DNA from: Hypanus sabinus
Taxonomy: Eukaryota
Direction: 5' to 3'
Assembly (NCBI RefSeq): GCF_030144855.1
Contig: NC_082706.1
Location: 154,752,001 to 154,816,000, forward strand
Length of the DNA stretch: 64,000 bases
The notes under the pieces: generated by a model
Told to the model about the DNA's origin: nothing
The model's input: only the letters and a program-made list of their open reading frames with translations
Database searches by the model: none
Translations under genes and position numbers: made by a program
In this document: in pieces, positions 26,285 to 37,982 of the stretch
Layout of the letters: the number at the start of each line of letters is the position of its first letter
How positions within the stretch are numbered: position 1 is the first letter of the stretch

Positions 26285-26890
26285 TCAGGGCTTGTGAAGG
26301 TAGAGGGTAAAATAAATGCAGCAAAATACAGGGGAATCCTGGAGGAAAACCTGATGCAGTTTGCAAGAGAACTGTGACTTGGGAAAAGATTTGCATTCCA
26401 GCAAGACAATGACTCCAAGCATAAAGCCAAAGCTACACAGAAATGTCCTGGAGTGGCCAAGTCAGAGTCCAGACCTCAATGCAATTGAGAATTTGTAGCT
26501 GGACTTGAAAAGGACTGTTCACTCATGATTCCCAGAGCTTGAGCAGATTTGTAAAGAAGAATGAGGAAGAATAGCGTGTCCAGATTTGCAAAGTTGATAG
26601 AGATCTATCCACATAGACTCAAGGTTGTAATTGATGCCAAAGGTGCATCTACTAAATACTGACTTGAAGGGCTGAATACTTATGCGATCAATTATTTTGT
26701 GTTTTATATTTGGAAGTTAATTTAGATCACTTTGTAAAAATCTGCTTTCACTTTGACACAAAAGAGTTTTTCTGTTGATCAGTGTCAAAAAAAAGCCAAA
26801 CTAAATCCACTGTGATTCAATGTTGTAAAATAATAAAACCTAAATTCTTCTGGGGGGAGGGGGAGGTAAATTCTTTTTATAGCCACTGTA
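26285..26890 (+). mobile_element. Tc1/mariner transposon fragment (DDE domain and right end)
   Basis: GLVKVEGKINAAKYRGILEENL...FQQDNDSKHKAK...EWPSQSPDLNAIEN; ends ...tttatagccactgTA. Confidence 0.88.
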
Positions 26891-26929
26891 AATCACTACA
26901 TGCAGCACAGAGAGTAATCCTTTATAAAT

Positions 26930-27460
26930 AAATCCATTTTTCTTACCTATTTCATTAGTACCAATGTAAAACATAGTATCTGGCTGTTTATCCTCCCCTT
27001 TCCGAATGTACTGCACCAAAATATCATCGACTCTAGCATCAGCAACACACCATGATGGGGTCGGACTCACGGCCATAAAAATACCTGGCAATCTCACTGA
27101 TTATTGAGTCCCCTTTCACTGCTGCTTGACTAGACTTTGTCCATCCTGTTGTATATACAGGCCATTCCCAAACAGCATCCACAGTGCTATACCTTTTAGA
27201 GGGGGAAAATAGCCAGAGGTGACTCCTACTCTGCCTGCCTCTCCTGGTCACCCAGTTCATTTTTGCTGAGTTGCAGTGTGACCAACTCCCTGAAGCTCCT
27301 ATCTATGACACCTTCAGCACCCAATGTGCTTCTTGGTGAATTCAGCTGATTCATGCAGTCAGAAAGGAGCTGAGCTGGTCACCTTTCTTGGAAACATAGT
27401 CATCAAGGATATTTGAATTCTCACTGATCTCCATTTCATATGGGAAGCATATCATTTCAC
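26930..27460 (-). mobile_element. CR1 ORF1 (SGNH esterase) remnant
   Basis: VKGDSII and FYIGTNEIG esterase-like motifs on the minus strand; degraded. Confidence 0.65.
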
Positions 27461-28233
27461 TGCCTACCATTACTAAAGCTCTAGTAACTACTGGGTTAAA
27501 AGAAGAGAAAGACCCTGTCTTGATTTGCCTACCAGATTGCTGCTCTGCTTTGTGAACATTGATAAAGTAAGTAAAACGTACATAAACAGGAAAGAAAGCG
27601 AATATCCAAGAAGATTTAGATTTGTTACGAATATGAGCAGATTAAATGAAATTGTAAAATTTGAAATAATATAAATTGATTAAAAGGCAAGAGAAAAATT
27701 AAATATATAATGAGGTGGATTAAAATAGTAAATGATGAGTTGGAAGGGGGACATTAAAGCTGCAGTAGAGAAATGACTGCCCATGTTGAAAGACAGACCA
27801 CAAGTTTACAGAAATTATGCATTGCATTTGCAAAGCAATATTTCCACTAAAGGAGCACTAGAATTCATTTAAAGAGCAGAAATATCGAGGTAAATGGAAA
27901 TATTAATGAAACTGAAGTGCTGTAATGTAGAAATAGATTGAGTCATATCAAAACATTCAATCCCAATATATGCAAGATAAATATTACTTCAGAGTGTATC
28001 AGGAAGTACAGTTAAATTACATAGAAATTATTAAAAAAGGAAATTTGAAAGTTGCTCAGTAAAACCCTTGCTTGTTACATGTGCTTTGGAATAATCAAAC
28101 AAAAGATAAAGTCTAAAATACAATGAGACTTTTTAATGACTGCTAAGTTGAAACATGACATGAGGACCAGCTTTAAAGGGATCAATATTTTTTTTTTCCA
28201 GCTTGCCTCATGTGTATCTTTATATTTCCACAG

Positions 28234-28404
28234 AAATTGAAACTGTGTCATGGTGAATCTGGAAATGTACTCTCAATGGCAAATACTTTGGAATGGTGGA
28301 TAACAAGTACTAACAGTCTACTACAAAATGGTACAACAGTTATCCTGGAGTATTTAGACAATGATACTTCAATATTAGGAAACACAAGCTCATACATTGA
28401 ATGA
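28234..28404 (+). CDS. ZFAND1: ZFAND1 exon 8 (last coding exon)
   Basis: KLKLCHGESGNVLSMANTLEWWITSTNSLLQNGTTVILEYLDNDTSILGNTSSYIE*. AATAAA at 28415 and 28542. The spliced CDS is 804 nt (267 aa). Confidence 0.95.
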   Translation, partial: KLKLCHGESGNVLSMANTLEWWITSTNSLLQNGTTVILEYLDNDTSILGNTSSYIE

Positions 28405-31400
28405 CCATAAGTATAATAAACAGACTTAATCATTGTGATAGGAAAGAACTTGCTTCTGGTTATGTATACGTTGATGTAATATAATCTTGTCAAAATGCTG
28501 TGTAAGTAAAATATCATTGTATGGCCAGGACTGTGCCTGTTAATAAAAAACAAACCTTTAATCTATCCAAAACAGTTAACTTTATTAAGGGCAATTGTAA
28601 CTGAAGTTGAACTGACGTTATTTGGAGCTGAAAATGGATTTTCAAAAATGATCTCTCGTTTCTATTTTTATAAATTTTGGTGTACCTCTTTAAATCTATT
28701 TGATACCAGTTATTACCGAATATTGTAAATTGGCAATGGTGGTACCCTATCAAAAATATAGATGTCTGTGCTTCAGTTACATCAAATTCTAAAACTGATG
28801 TCAATGATTCTGATTGTTTATAGTCCAGCACCTGATTGATCTGAAGCTTATAGACATTTTAAAAGTCAAACTGCTGTACCAATCTCCAAAACAGAAGTAA
28901 ATCCACCACTCCTGTGAAATCTGAGCTTTACCTTGTACAGTTTGATAGCAACTTAATATATACAAATACTGCCTTTGCCCCAAAGAACAGAGAGGGAGTG
29001 AAACAATCTGAAGCAGACACTAGTTAACCAGTGTGGAGGGGGAAAATGCTTGTTAGTTAAAAAACCTCAAATCAAATCAAGCTTAATCAAACCATATATG
29101 TATACAGCTGAATGAAACAGCATTCCTTTGGGACCAAGGTGTAAAAACATATATGCACGTTCATAATAGCAAGAAAGGAAAAGAACATAGTCACATAAGA
29201 AACCACATTTTTAGTCCAAGACCTTGAGCTCCAAGTACGGCAATTTGATGGTACCCAACAGTCCAGCTTGTAATTCCACTGATCCAACACTGGAGGGCAG
29301 CTCCAACAGGAGAGGCCACAGTACCACCAATCAAGCTTGGACACCATGGTACATTGCTAGCCTGCTTCTTGAGGCCCAGTCCTTGCTACAACCGAAGCAA
29401 CAGTGCTGCCTTGCTGCCTGACCCATCACCAAACAAGGGAAGCAGGCCTGAGAGAATCAATGTCCAACAGGGTCTTGCGATTGTAAAACAATCATCAAGG
29501 CAATCACGATTTCACTACACACTACCTTTGTGCCAACTTGAAGGCACCAACTCTGCTGCCTCTGAGTAGCAGGCAACAGCAAAGTCTTTCAAACCCCATC
29601 CAGCTCCAGGAGCCAAATTGAATCCCTTGGCCCAATGGTCAGACTTGAATCCCTCAGGCCAAAGGCCCAACTCGCCTCCTTTGGACTACTGGCTCTATTG
29701 GCACCCTGACTGGCTACTCCGAACAATGAACACTGATGTGGTAGATCTGCTGTACATGCAGTTATTGGAGTCAAGAATACTTTTACTATGTATAAAAACA
29801 CATTTTACAAAGAAAGTGAACACCTTTGGTTGGCCCCAGAGAGTATATATGCACTGCCATTTTACCTGTATTCCCATGCTGTATTAATTCTTTCTTTGAC
29901 ATACTGTAGTACAAAGTAGTTTATTACATGTTACTCTAGCCTGCTTCAGATAGTTTGTATTTACTGTGTTAATTTGAAATACTAACTTGATGAATGGTAA
30001 ACATTTTAAAGGGTTTTAGAGAGGCTCAGAGATTTCAAGACACAAGACCTAAGCACCTTGGGCATTGGTATCCATCATAAGTAAAGTCAAGGATGTACAG
30101 GGTTTGGAATTGGAGGAACATAGAGACTTTGGGTGGTTTTAGAACTGGAAAAAATTTTGAAAATACGATATCTATTCTGTGAATTGAGAAAACTCATGAT
30201 AAATTTCAACTGTCAGTTTACCAGACCAGCAAGAGGGTGAATGAAACTTGATGCAATAAAAACAAAAAAAAAATGCTCTAAACATTTCCCAACACTCTCA
30301 AAATGCTGGAGGAACAAATGAATAAACAGTCGACAATTTGGGCTAGGACCATTGGGACAGGATAAACACTTAGTGGGTCAGACTACATCTGTGGAAACAA
30401 GAAATAGACTATGTTTCAGGACAAAGACACTCTGCAAGAACTAGAATGAAAGAAAAAGAGTGAGAGGGTAGGAGAGAGATAGCTAGGACCAAAGAAATAT
30501 CTAATAGGGTAAGGCCAGGATTGTGAGAAAAACTTTTGAAATGGTGAAACGGGCACGCATTATTGATCCTCTCCCCACCCCACCCCCCACCAACCTCTGT
30601 GCAACTTAAAAAAAGCTTTTTTTTCTTCTTTCCCAATTATGATAATGTGGCTTTTGATTGGAAACATTAACTCCATTTCCCTTTCTGCAGATGCAGTCTG
30701 ACCTCCTGAATGTTTCCAGCATTTTCTGTTTTTATTTCACATTTTTGGCATCTGCTGTTTCTTAAATTTCAAGATTTGGTGTAGTCATGTTTGAAATAAG
30801 CTCATGATGTAAAACATTTAAAATATTTCAATTCCTGGTTCTTGCCTAAAATTGTATATTAATTTCATGGTTTTGAGTTTAATCTTTAAGCCTTTCCAGA
30901 TTTGGAATATTTAAAACTTGCCTTTAATGTGCTATTTATGGGCTGGCATCATTTGGTAATGTACATTAATATTTGAGTGGATGTTCAACAGTTCTTTCAT
31001 TTACTGCTTAAATTACTGAAGTATTTGAGTTGGCAAAGAAGTCATTTTCAAGCTACATGAAGCCTGATGGTGAAAGCTCTTTTGAAAATGGGTAGGATAC
31101 GAGTAGCAAAATGTTATTTGTATCTCTACACATTTTGTTCAGTTTCATTCCCTTAAACTTGTACATAGAGCAAAATTTTACGTGACAGCAGTAGAGGTTT
31201 GGCAAATGAAGCAGACTTTTTAAAAAAGTGTTCAAAAATACGATTTAATTCGTTTAGCATAACATTGTGGACTGAAAGACCCGTTCGTTCCTGTGCTGTG
31301 CTGTACATTTCAATGCTCTATCATCAGCCCACGGGAAGGTAGATCTGGTGCTTTTAAAAAATTATTTTGTTAAGCATTTCATTGGAATTAGGTTTGTTTT

Positions 31401-31729
31401 GCTTTCACGTTGGTATTTTGGAGAAGGTTTTGTTTGCCAACGGCTTGCTTCCATCACAGAAACCCAATGCTGTCTTAGAGGCACCTTCAGTATTTTGACA
31501 TATCACGGGCCAGGAATTGAATTGATGATAATGTCATAATTTTCATCGGTACTTTGAGAAAATTTTGTCCTGTTTTCTCTATCCTAAAACTCTTTGGACA
31601 TAGAGTTCGGGGTATAATTCTCCTTTCAAGGCACTCTGACCTAACAACCAGAACAACAAACAAAATGAATTCACCAGGTCCGGCAACATTTATAGAGGGG
31701 AATAAACAGTCGAGGTCCTGTTTGAGAGC

Positions 31730-32170
31730 TAGAAGCGCCGTGTTATAGCGTTCGTGTGTTACGCAAAGAGTTACGGTTCTGGATGTGTGAGGTCAGGCTG
31801 CAGCGAAACCGTTCTTCATTGCGCTGTGGCTGCCGATTTGGAGACGGTCCCTGGAAGCGCGCATGGGCAGTGAGAGTCGCCGGAAGGGGTTGGTTCCAGG
31901 GAAGAGCAGCGGCGGCTGGTGTGCGGACGGGAGTGGTAAGAGTGTCTGCTTCTTGCAATCGTCGGGTCTGACAGAGAATTAGCCCAAGGGCCGGTGCCCC
32001 CTTTCCCCAGATCCCGAATGTTACTGGCTTCCGTGGAACTGGAAAGAGTTCCGCCTCACCTTTTGGGAAGGGAATGGGGATTAGGGTCTGAGAAGACTAC
32101 TGCTGCCTACCATCTCACCTCCGGGGGTGGCTGACCTTCACCCGCTTTGGGGCCAGAAGAGTAATCTTAG
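31730..32170 (+). promoter_or_regulatory. IMPA1: CpG-rich promoter and probable non-coding exon 1 of IMPA1 (donor at 31936)
   Basis: The only CpG-rich non-repeat patch upstream of the IMPA1 ATG exon. G|GTAAGA donor at 31935/31936. Human IMPA1 also has a non-coding first exon. No transcript evidence is available. Confidence 0.65.
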
Positions 32171-32470
32171 AGAATATTATCTAGCGCTATAAGAAAGAAT
32201 TTGTATAATATTCACACCACAGTGGTGTCCTTACTGTTGTAACGTAGGAGATCACAGTCATCAGCAGTCAGTTTGTGTGTTTGACAAAATTAACTAGATA
32301 ACGTGGACAAGCTGATCAAAGTGTCATTGCATGGGGAAGAGGCATGAAGATAACTTACTTAAGATTAAAAGGATGTGGAACATCAGCTCTTCTCTGCGCT
32401 TTTGCTGTTTGGATTGTTAGGGAGTCCAGACATGCTGTACAATCATGTTTGTACAATTGTACAAACAAAT

Positions 32471-34721
32471 TGTACAATCGGGCCACAATGGATCCAACAT
32501 ACCCCAGACGTCTGAGAGTGCCCTGGAACAGGGAGTGATGCTGGGGAGGCCCCAGAACCTGCTGGACTCCGTCTGTTCAGGGCAGTGGAGCCGCTTTCTG
32601 CCAATGTAGCTGATCTTGTGGCCCAGACTCGGGTCACTCCAGCTGTCCCAGAGCGCCCATCAACATTCTGTGACTGCACTTTCCTCCTTGCCCTCCATAT
32701 TCTCGCTTACTCCTCCCATCCAAGAACCCCATCTGCCACCTCCAGAAAGGTACTCAGGTGAGCCCGGTACCTGCTGCTCTTTTCTTTCCCAGTGCACCCT
32801 CATTTTTGAATTACAACCGACAACATTTCTGACTGATCGAGCCAAGGTGGCCTACGTCATCACTCAGCTCTCCGGTCACGGGAGAGAATGGGGAACAGCC
32901 ATCTGGGAGGCAGGCTCACCTTTCTGCATCAGTATTTTCAGAGGGAGGTGTTCCAGAGGGTCCCTGGAGGCACTGGGTGAATTCCGAGCTCCTCATCAGT
33001 CTATATTGCCCTGCTGTTTTCCCCATCTACAATTTCCGTTCCAGACCCTGAAGCTATGAAGTTTGCCTGTACCCACCTGACGCCAACTGAAAGACAAAGG
33101 AGAATCAACACCCGCTCCTGTCTGTACTGTGGCCAACCAGGCCCCTTCACCTCCACCTGCCCAGTAAAAGCCAAGCACTCACCAGTACTCTTCGTCCTAC
33201 TGGTGAGTGTGACCCCTGTCCGGCCCTCCTCAATGCCAATCACACTCATACCTGCTTCGGGACTGGGGCGTCCAATGGTGAGCAATCTCCGTCTTGGTCA
33301 ATTCTGGTGTGGAGGGGTGTTTTATCAATTCTGGCTTGGCTGTCCAGTGGGGATTACCCACGTCTGCTCTCTAGTCACCATTGGTGGCCAGAGCCTTGAT
33401 CGATCAGAGACTGGCGAACATCACCCATGTCACGGTCCCGGTGAGTCTCTCAGTGGAAAAGAAGGACAGCTCCCTCTGGGGACTGAATGAAGTCACTGTT
33501 AAGATGTGTTATCCACTTCTACTCGACCTCGGCATTTGAGCTACTGCAAGGAGCCTCAGTTTTCACCAAGCTTGAACTCCGTAATGCCTACCATCTTGTC
33601 CACATCTGCAAAGGGGCAACGCACCTCAGGCCATTACGAGTATCTGGTCTCACCAATGCCGCTGCCGTCTTCCAAACCCTGGTATATGATGTTCTCAGGG
33701 TAATGCTGAACCAATTTGTTTTTGTGTATCTCGATGACATTTTGATTTTTTTCTAAGTCCCTTGCTGAACACACAGGTCACATTTGCAGAGTTCTCCAGT
33801 GCCTTCTGAAAAATCAGTTCTTTGTGAAGGCTGAGAAATGTGAGTTTCATCACAATGCTGTCTCCTTCCTGGGGTATGTAATTTCAAGTGGTTCCATTCA
33901 GATGGACCAACAGAAGGTCAAGATGGTGGTTGATAGGTCCCAACCTTCGACTCATTGGGAGTTTCAACGCTTCTTGGGCTTTGCTAACTTCTATCGCCAT
34001 TTCATCAGAAATTACAGTATACTGGCTGCACCTCTCACTGCTCTTACCTCATCGGCTGTCAGATTCTCCTGGTCCCCTGCTACATTGCCCTGGGTTTTGT
34101 CACCAGTCTTCCCCCGTCTGATTATAACACCACCATTCTCACAGCAGTTGATCATTTCTCCAAGTTTGTATTCTTCATTCCTTTATCCAAACTCCCCTCT
34201 GCCTGTTTTTAAATGACATGTTTTTAAATTACTAGTACTGCATGTTTTTAAATGACATGGTTTAACTGTAACTGTTGTGTCAGACAGGGGCTATCAGTAC
34301 ACATCCAGCTTCTGGAGGGCATTCTGTAATCTTCTGGATGCCTCTGAGTTTGTCTAGAGAATTCCACCCACAGACCAATGGCCAGACCGAGCGGGCCAGC
34401 CAACAGCTAGAGACAGTATTGCGGTGTCTGGTCTCCCAGAACCCCTCTGCGTGGAGGCAGCAGCTATCCTGGGCCGAGTATGCCATAAACTCTCATCCGT
34501 CCTCATTCACTGGTTTGTCCCCCAAGTGCTGCCTTGGCCACCAGCCTCCACTGTTTCCTGCCCAGGAGGGTGAGGTTGGCGTTCCATCTGCCGTTGTCAG
34601 CGGAGGTGGAGGCACACTTGCTCTGCCCCTCTCCATGCCTCTGCTAGGATCAAGCATTTAGCTGGCCACATCGCTCCAAGGCCCCACGTTACCACCAGGG
34701 ACAGCATGTATGGCTTTCAAG
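32471..34721 (+). mobile_element. LTR-less copy of the internal region of the Tf1/sushi-like element at 59885-63533 (inverted duplicate)
   Basis: Gag PERYSGEPGTC...[21 protein letters not shown]...VYLDDILIF and [21 protein letters not shown]. The reverse complement matches 60803-63055 almost base for base. Confidence 0.95.
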
Positions 34722-34758
34722 TATGCTGTACATGTATACTATTAGCATGTATGGACTA

Positions 34759-35152
34759 CTGGTGGACAGGTAGAGTCAGGTGGGGGAGGAGCTGGTGGAC
34801 AGGTAAAGCCAAGTGGAGGAGGAGCTGGTGGACAGGTAAAGCCAAGTGGAGGAGGAGCTGGTGGACAGGTAGAGCCAGGTGGAGGAGGAGCTGGTGGATA
34901 GGTAAAGCCAAGTGGAGGAGGAGCTGGTGGATAGGTAAAGCCAAGTGGAGGAGGAGCTGGTGGATAGGTAGAGCCAGGTGGAGGAGGAGCTGGTGGATAG
35001 GTAGAGCCAGGTGGAGGAGGAGCTGGTGGATAGGTAGAGCCAGGTGGAGGAGGAGCTGGTGGATAGGTAGAGCCAGGTGGAGGAGGAGCTGGTGGATAGG
35101 TAGAGCCAGGTGGAGGAGGAGCTGACGGACAGGTAGAGCCAGGTGGAGGAGG
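34759..35152. repeat. 33-bp G-rich minisatellite, about 12 copies
   Basis: Unit ctggtgga(t/c)aggta(g/a)agcca(g/a)gtggaggaggag; explains the repetitive ORFs at 34706-35367. Confidence 0.96.
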
Positions 35153-35154
35153 AA

Positions 35155-35870
35155 GAGAGTTGAGATTGGGAGGCAATTATGGAAGTTGCTGTGAAAGCAA
35201 GATGGTAAGTGAAACCAGATAACAGGGATGATGGAAAAAAATGGGATCCAGTGGGTTGAGTGTGTGAGTGGGGGAAGGAGACTATAGGTTTGAAAAGGAG
35301 GGAAAGGACTTGGGAGGATTATTAGATAAAAAGAGGATATGTAGGTTACCTGAGTTGGAGAGTTCAATGTCTTTGTCGTTGGATTGTAGACTATTGAAGT
35401 GTTGTTCCTCTAGCATTCACTGGGTCATCATAGCATTGGAGGAGCCCATGGAGAGATAGTTTAGTGTGGGAATGGGGAGGGGAGTAAAATGGCTTGCAAC
35501 CAGGAGCTTAAGGTGGCTGTTGAGGACACAACATTTTTTTTGGGAGAAGTTTGATCTCACTAGTATAGAGGAGGTCTATAGCACTGAATGCAGCAGGTGA
35601 GGTTGAAGAAGGTGGATGTGAGTCTCTGGAACAGCTGTTAGGTCCCTGGATATGATGAAGGAGGAGGTGTACAGAGGGGTGGTACATCTCTTCCAGTTAC
35701 AGGGGAAAGTGTTTGGGGATGAGGCAGGATGGATGGGGAGGGAAATAGCAAACCAAGGACTCACGGGGAGAGTCATCAATGCAGAATGGGATGTGGCATT
35801 GAAGGGCTGGCAAGTTCTTCCAGCAAGTTTTGCTCCAGATCCTAGCACTGCAATCTCTTGTGTGTCCATA
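35155..35870 (-). mobile_element. Penelope-like element remnant (GIY-YIG region)
   Basis: Minus strand FPCNWKRC...YTSS..IQGP...LLYTSEIK resembles the Penelope endonuclease region, as at 57.2 kb; degraded. Confidence 0.6.
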
Positions 35871-36409
35871 ACCAAAGTAGTTCTTGGTTATACCATATCT
35901 TTAGTTATGTTGAGGTACATGAAAAAAATCTACATACTGCATTTCACACTAATTCCATTATGTGTCAATATGGAATGAGTCAAATTCTCTGAAACATGGG
36001 AACAAAATCAAGTGTAAAGTGATGCATGGTTTAGTTTCTTCACTTTTTATGTTTTGGTTTAGTATTTAAGTCACCTTTACCTTGCCTGTGTATACACAAT
36101 ACAAAATTTGGAAGCAATATAAACATTCAGTAAATCATGGCTGATCCTGAGTTGCATTCTCTGTGTTTCTAAACATTTTTAACCAAACCTCTGATTCTAT
36201 TAGGACCTAATTATCTTCTGTTTTCCACCTGAACACACTCAGAAACTGAAGATCTGCAGCTTTCTGTGGTAGACAATTACATAAAGTCATAACTCACTAC
36301 AAAACTAAATGTTTTACTTTTTCATTCTTAAACTGCAGAATCCCTTATCCTGAGATTCTTCCCAATCCAGCTGGATGAATCAGCCCCTCGACATTTTACC
36401 ATGTCAATA

Positions 36410-37281
36410 CAGTCTGCCCTTCTTATCCGCGAGGGATTGGTTCCGGGACCCCCCGCAGATTCCAAAAAATGCAGATGCTCAAGTCCATTATTCAACCTGC
36501 CTCTATGCGGTGAACATTAGGACCCAGCAGAACCCCAGACTTTATTTAACATGTCTCCGTGCGGTGGACATTAGGACCTGGTGGCGCAGTTCTGAATCCA
36601 CAGTGTTTCTGTTCACAAAAATAATCACGATTGAAAATAAAGTGGAAATAATAAAGCGATTGGAAAGAGGTGAAACACCATCGGTCATTGTAAAAGCGTT
36701 AGGCTACAGTCAGTCAATGATCGGAACAATTTTAAAAGAGAAAGGCCCTGCCCCAATGAAAGCTACAATTATTACTAAGCAACGCAGTGGTTTAATTATT
36801 GGGTTTTGGGGTTTTGAGTTTTTGATCCTCCACATCAACCTGGCACGAATGGAGAGCTCTCTCGGTAGCGGTGTGTCACTGGATCGAACCCAGCGCTGAA
36901 ACATACGCTTTTAAGTGTTTTATATGCATAGAAAGGTAAAATATATACTAAGACAAACATTTGACTGACATTAAATAATACCGGATGTACCTGTTCCGAC
37001 TTAGTAAGAGAACCTCCGATTTTTTTTTANNNNNNNNNNNNNNNNNNNNNNNNNNNNNNNNNNNNNNNNNNNNNNNNNNNNNNNNNNNNNNNNNNNNNNN
37101 NNNNNNNNNNNNNNNNNNNNNNNNNNNNNNNNNNNNNNNNNNNNNNNNNNNNNNNNNNNNNNNNNNNNNNNNNNNNNNNNNNNCTCAAACAACAAGCGCT
37201 GGAAGAGCACTTCTGGGTTTTCTTGATTCATGGTTGGTTGAATTCGCAGATGCGGAACTCACGGATAAGGAGGGTTGACTG
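36410..37281 (+). mobile_element. Tigger/pogo non-autonomous DNA transposon (spans the assembly gap)
   Basis: Imperfect TIRs CAGTCTGCCCTTCTTATCCGCGAG / CTCACGGATAAGGAGGGTTGACTG flanked by TA. CENP-B-type HTH remnant KIITIENKVEIIKRLERGETPSVIVKALGYSQSMIGTILK. Confidence 0.88.
37030..37183. other. Assembly gap (154 N)
   Basis: Run of N. Confidence 1.
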
Positions 37282-37901
37282 TACCTCAGAATCCTTGTCC
37301 TTATGACTTCATTTCTCACTCCCAACAAGCTCCAATGAAATATTTAAATGCAAGATCAAGTGGTAATACAGATATGATGGGTTAATAATTTGATTCCGTG
37401 CCACCTAAAGATTGCCTCACTTCAAAATGCAGAATACTGCACCACTGGATTTTGTCCTGCAACTTTGTAGTCAATACTAAATCAGGAATTGGTGAACATG
37501 CACGAAGTCTGTCTGAGAGCATATCTATTAGAATTACATAGAATGTTTAATAACGTGTAATATGAGCATAAAAAGCACTAAAGGAGAATAAAATTATGTG
37601 CTTTCCATTTACAAAAAAAATAGGTATTGAGTAATACTAAATGGGCAAAGCTTTTAACATAAGCAATTATTTTATTTTACCCATCACAGAGTTGCTGACC
37701 TAAAATATTTGACAGTCACATTTTGCAACATCTAGACTAAGCTTGCACATTCAAGCCAGAAGTAGTTCCGTTTCAGTGGTTTTCATCATTTAGTGAAGAT
37801 CTAATATTCTGGAGCTGCATGAATGTATGAGGCAAAGAAATTCTTTCAAATGTCTGTGAAATTTAAAATTCCATTTCTACATAGGAATTTTCAGTAGAAA
37901 G

Positions 37902-37982
37902 ATGGCAACTAACTGTGGAGCCTCTGATCCATGGCAAGAGTGTATGGACGTGGCAGTTGCTGTTGCCCGAAAAGCTGGAGGA
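37902..37982 (+). CDS. IMPA1: Inositol monophosphatase 1, first coding exon
   Basis: MATNCGASDPWQECMDVAVAVARKAGG, resembling human MADPWQECMDYAVTLARQAGE; GTGAGT donor at 37983. Confidence 0.94.

Noticed and set aside
32488-34721. Domesticated PEG10/RTL1-like gene
   Set aside because: There are multiple frameshifts, stops and internal deletions, and the parent copy retains LTRs and a TSD.
34706-35367. Proline-rich, Trp/Arg-rich and Leu/His-rich ORFs
   Set aside because: These are translations of a 33-bp (multiple of 3) minisatellite, with no splice or homology support.
36375-36899. TIGD/CENP-B-like host gene
   Set aside because: Only a short HTH remnant is present, inside TIRs with a TA TSD, and there is no DDE domain.
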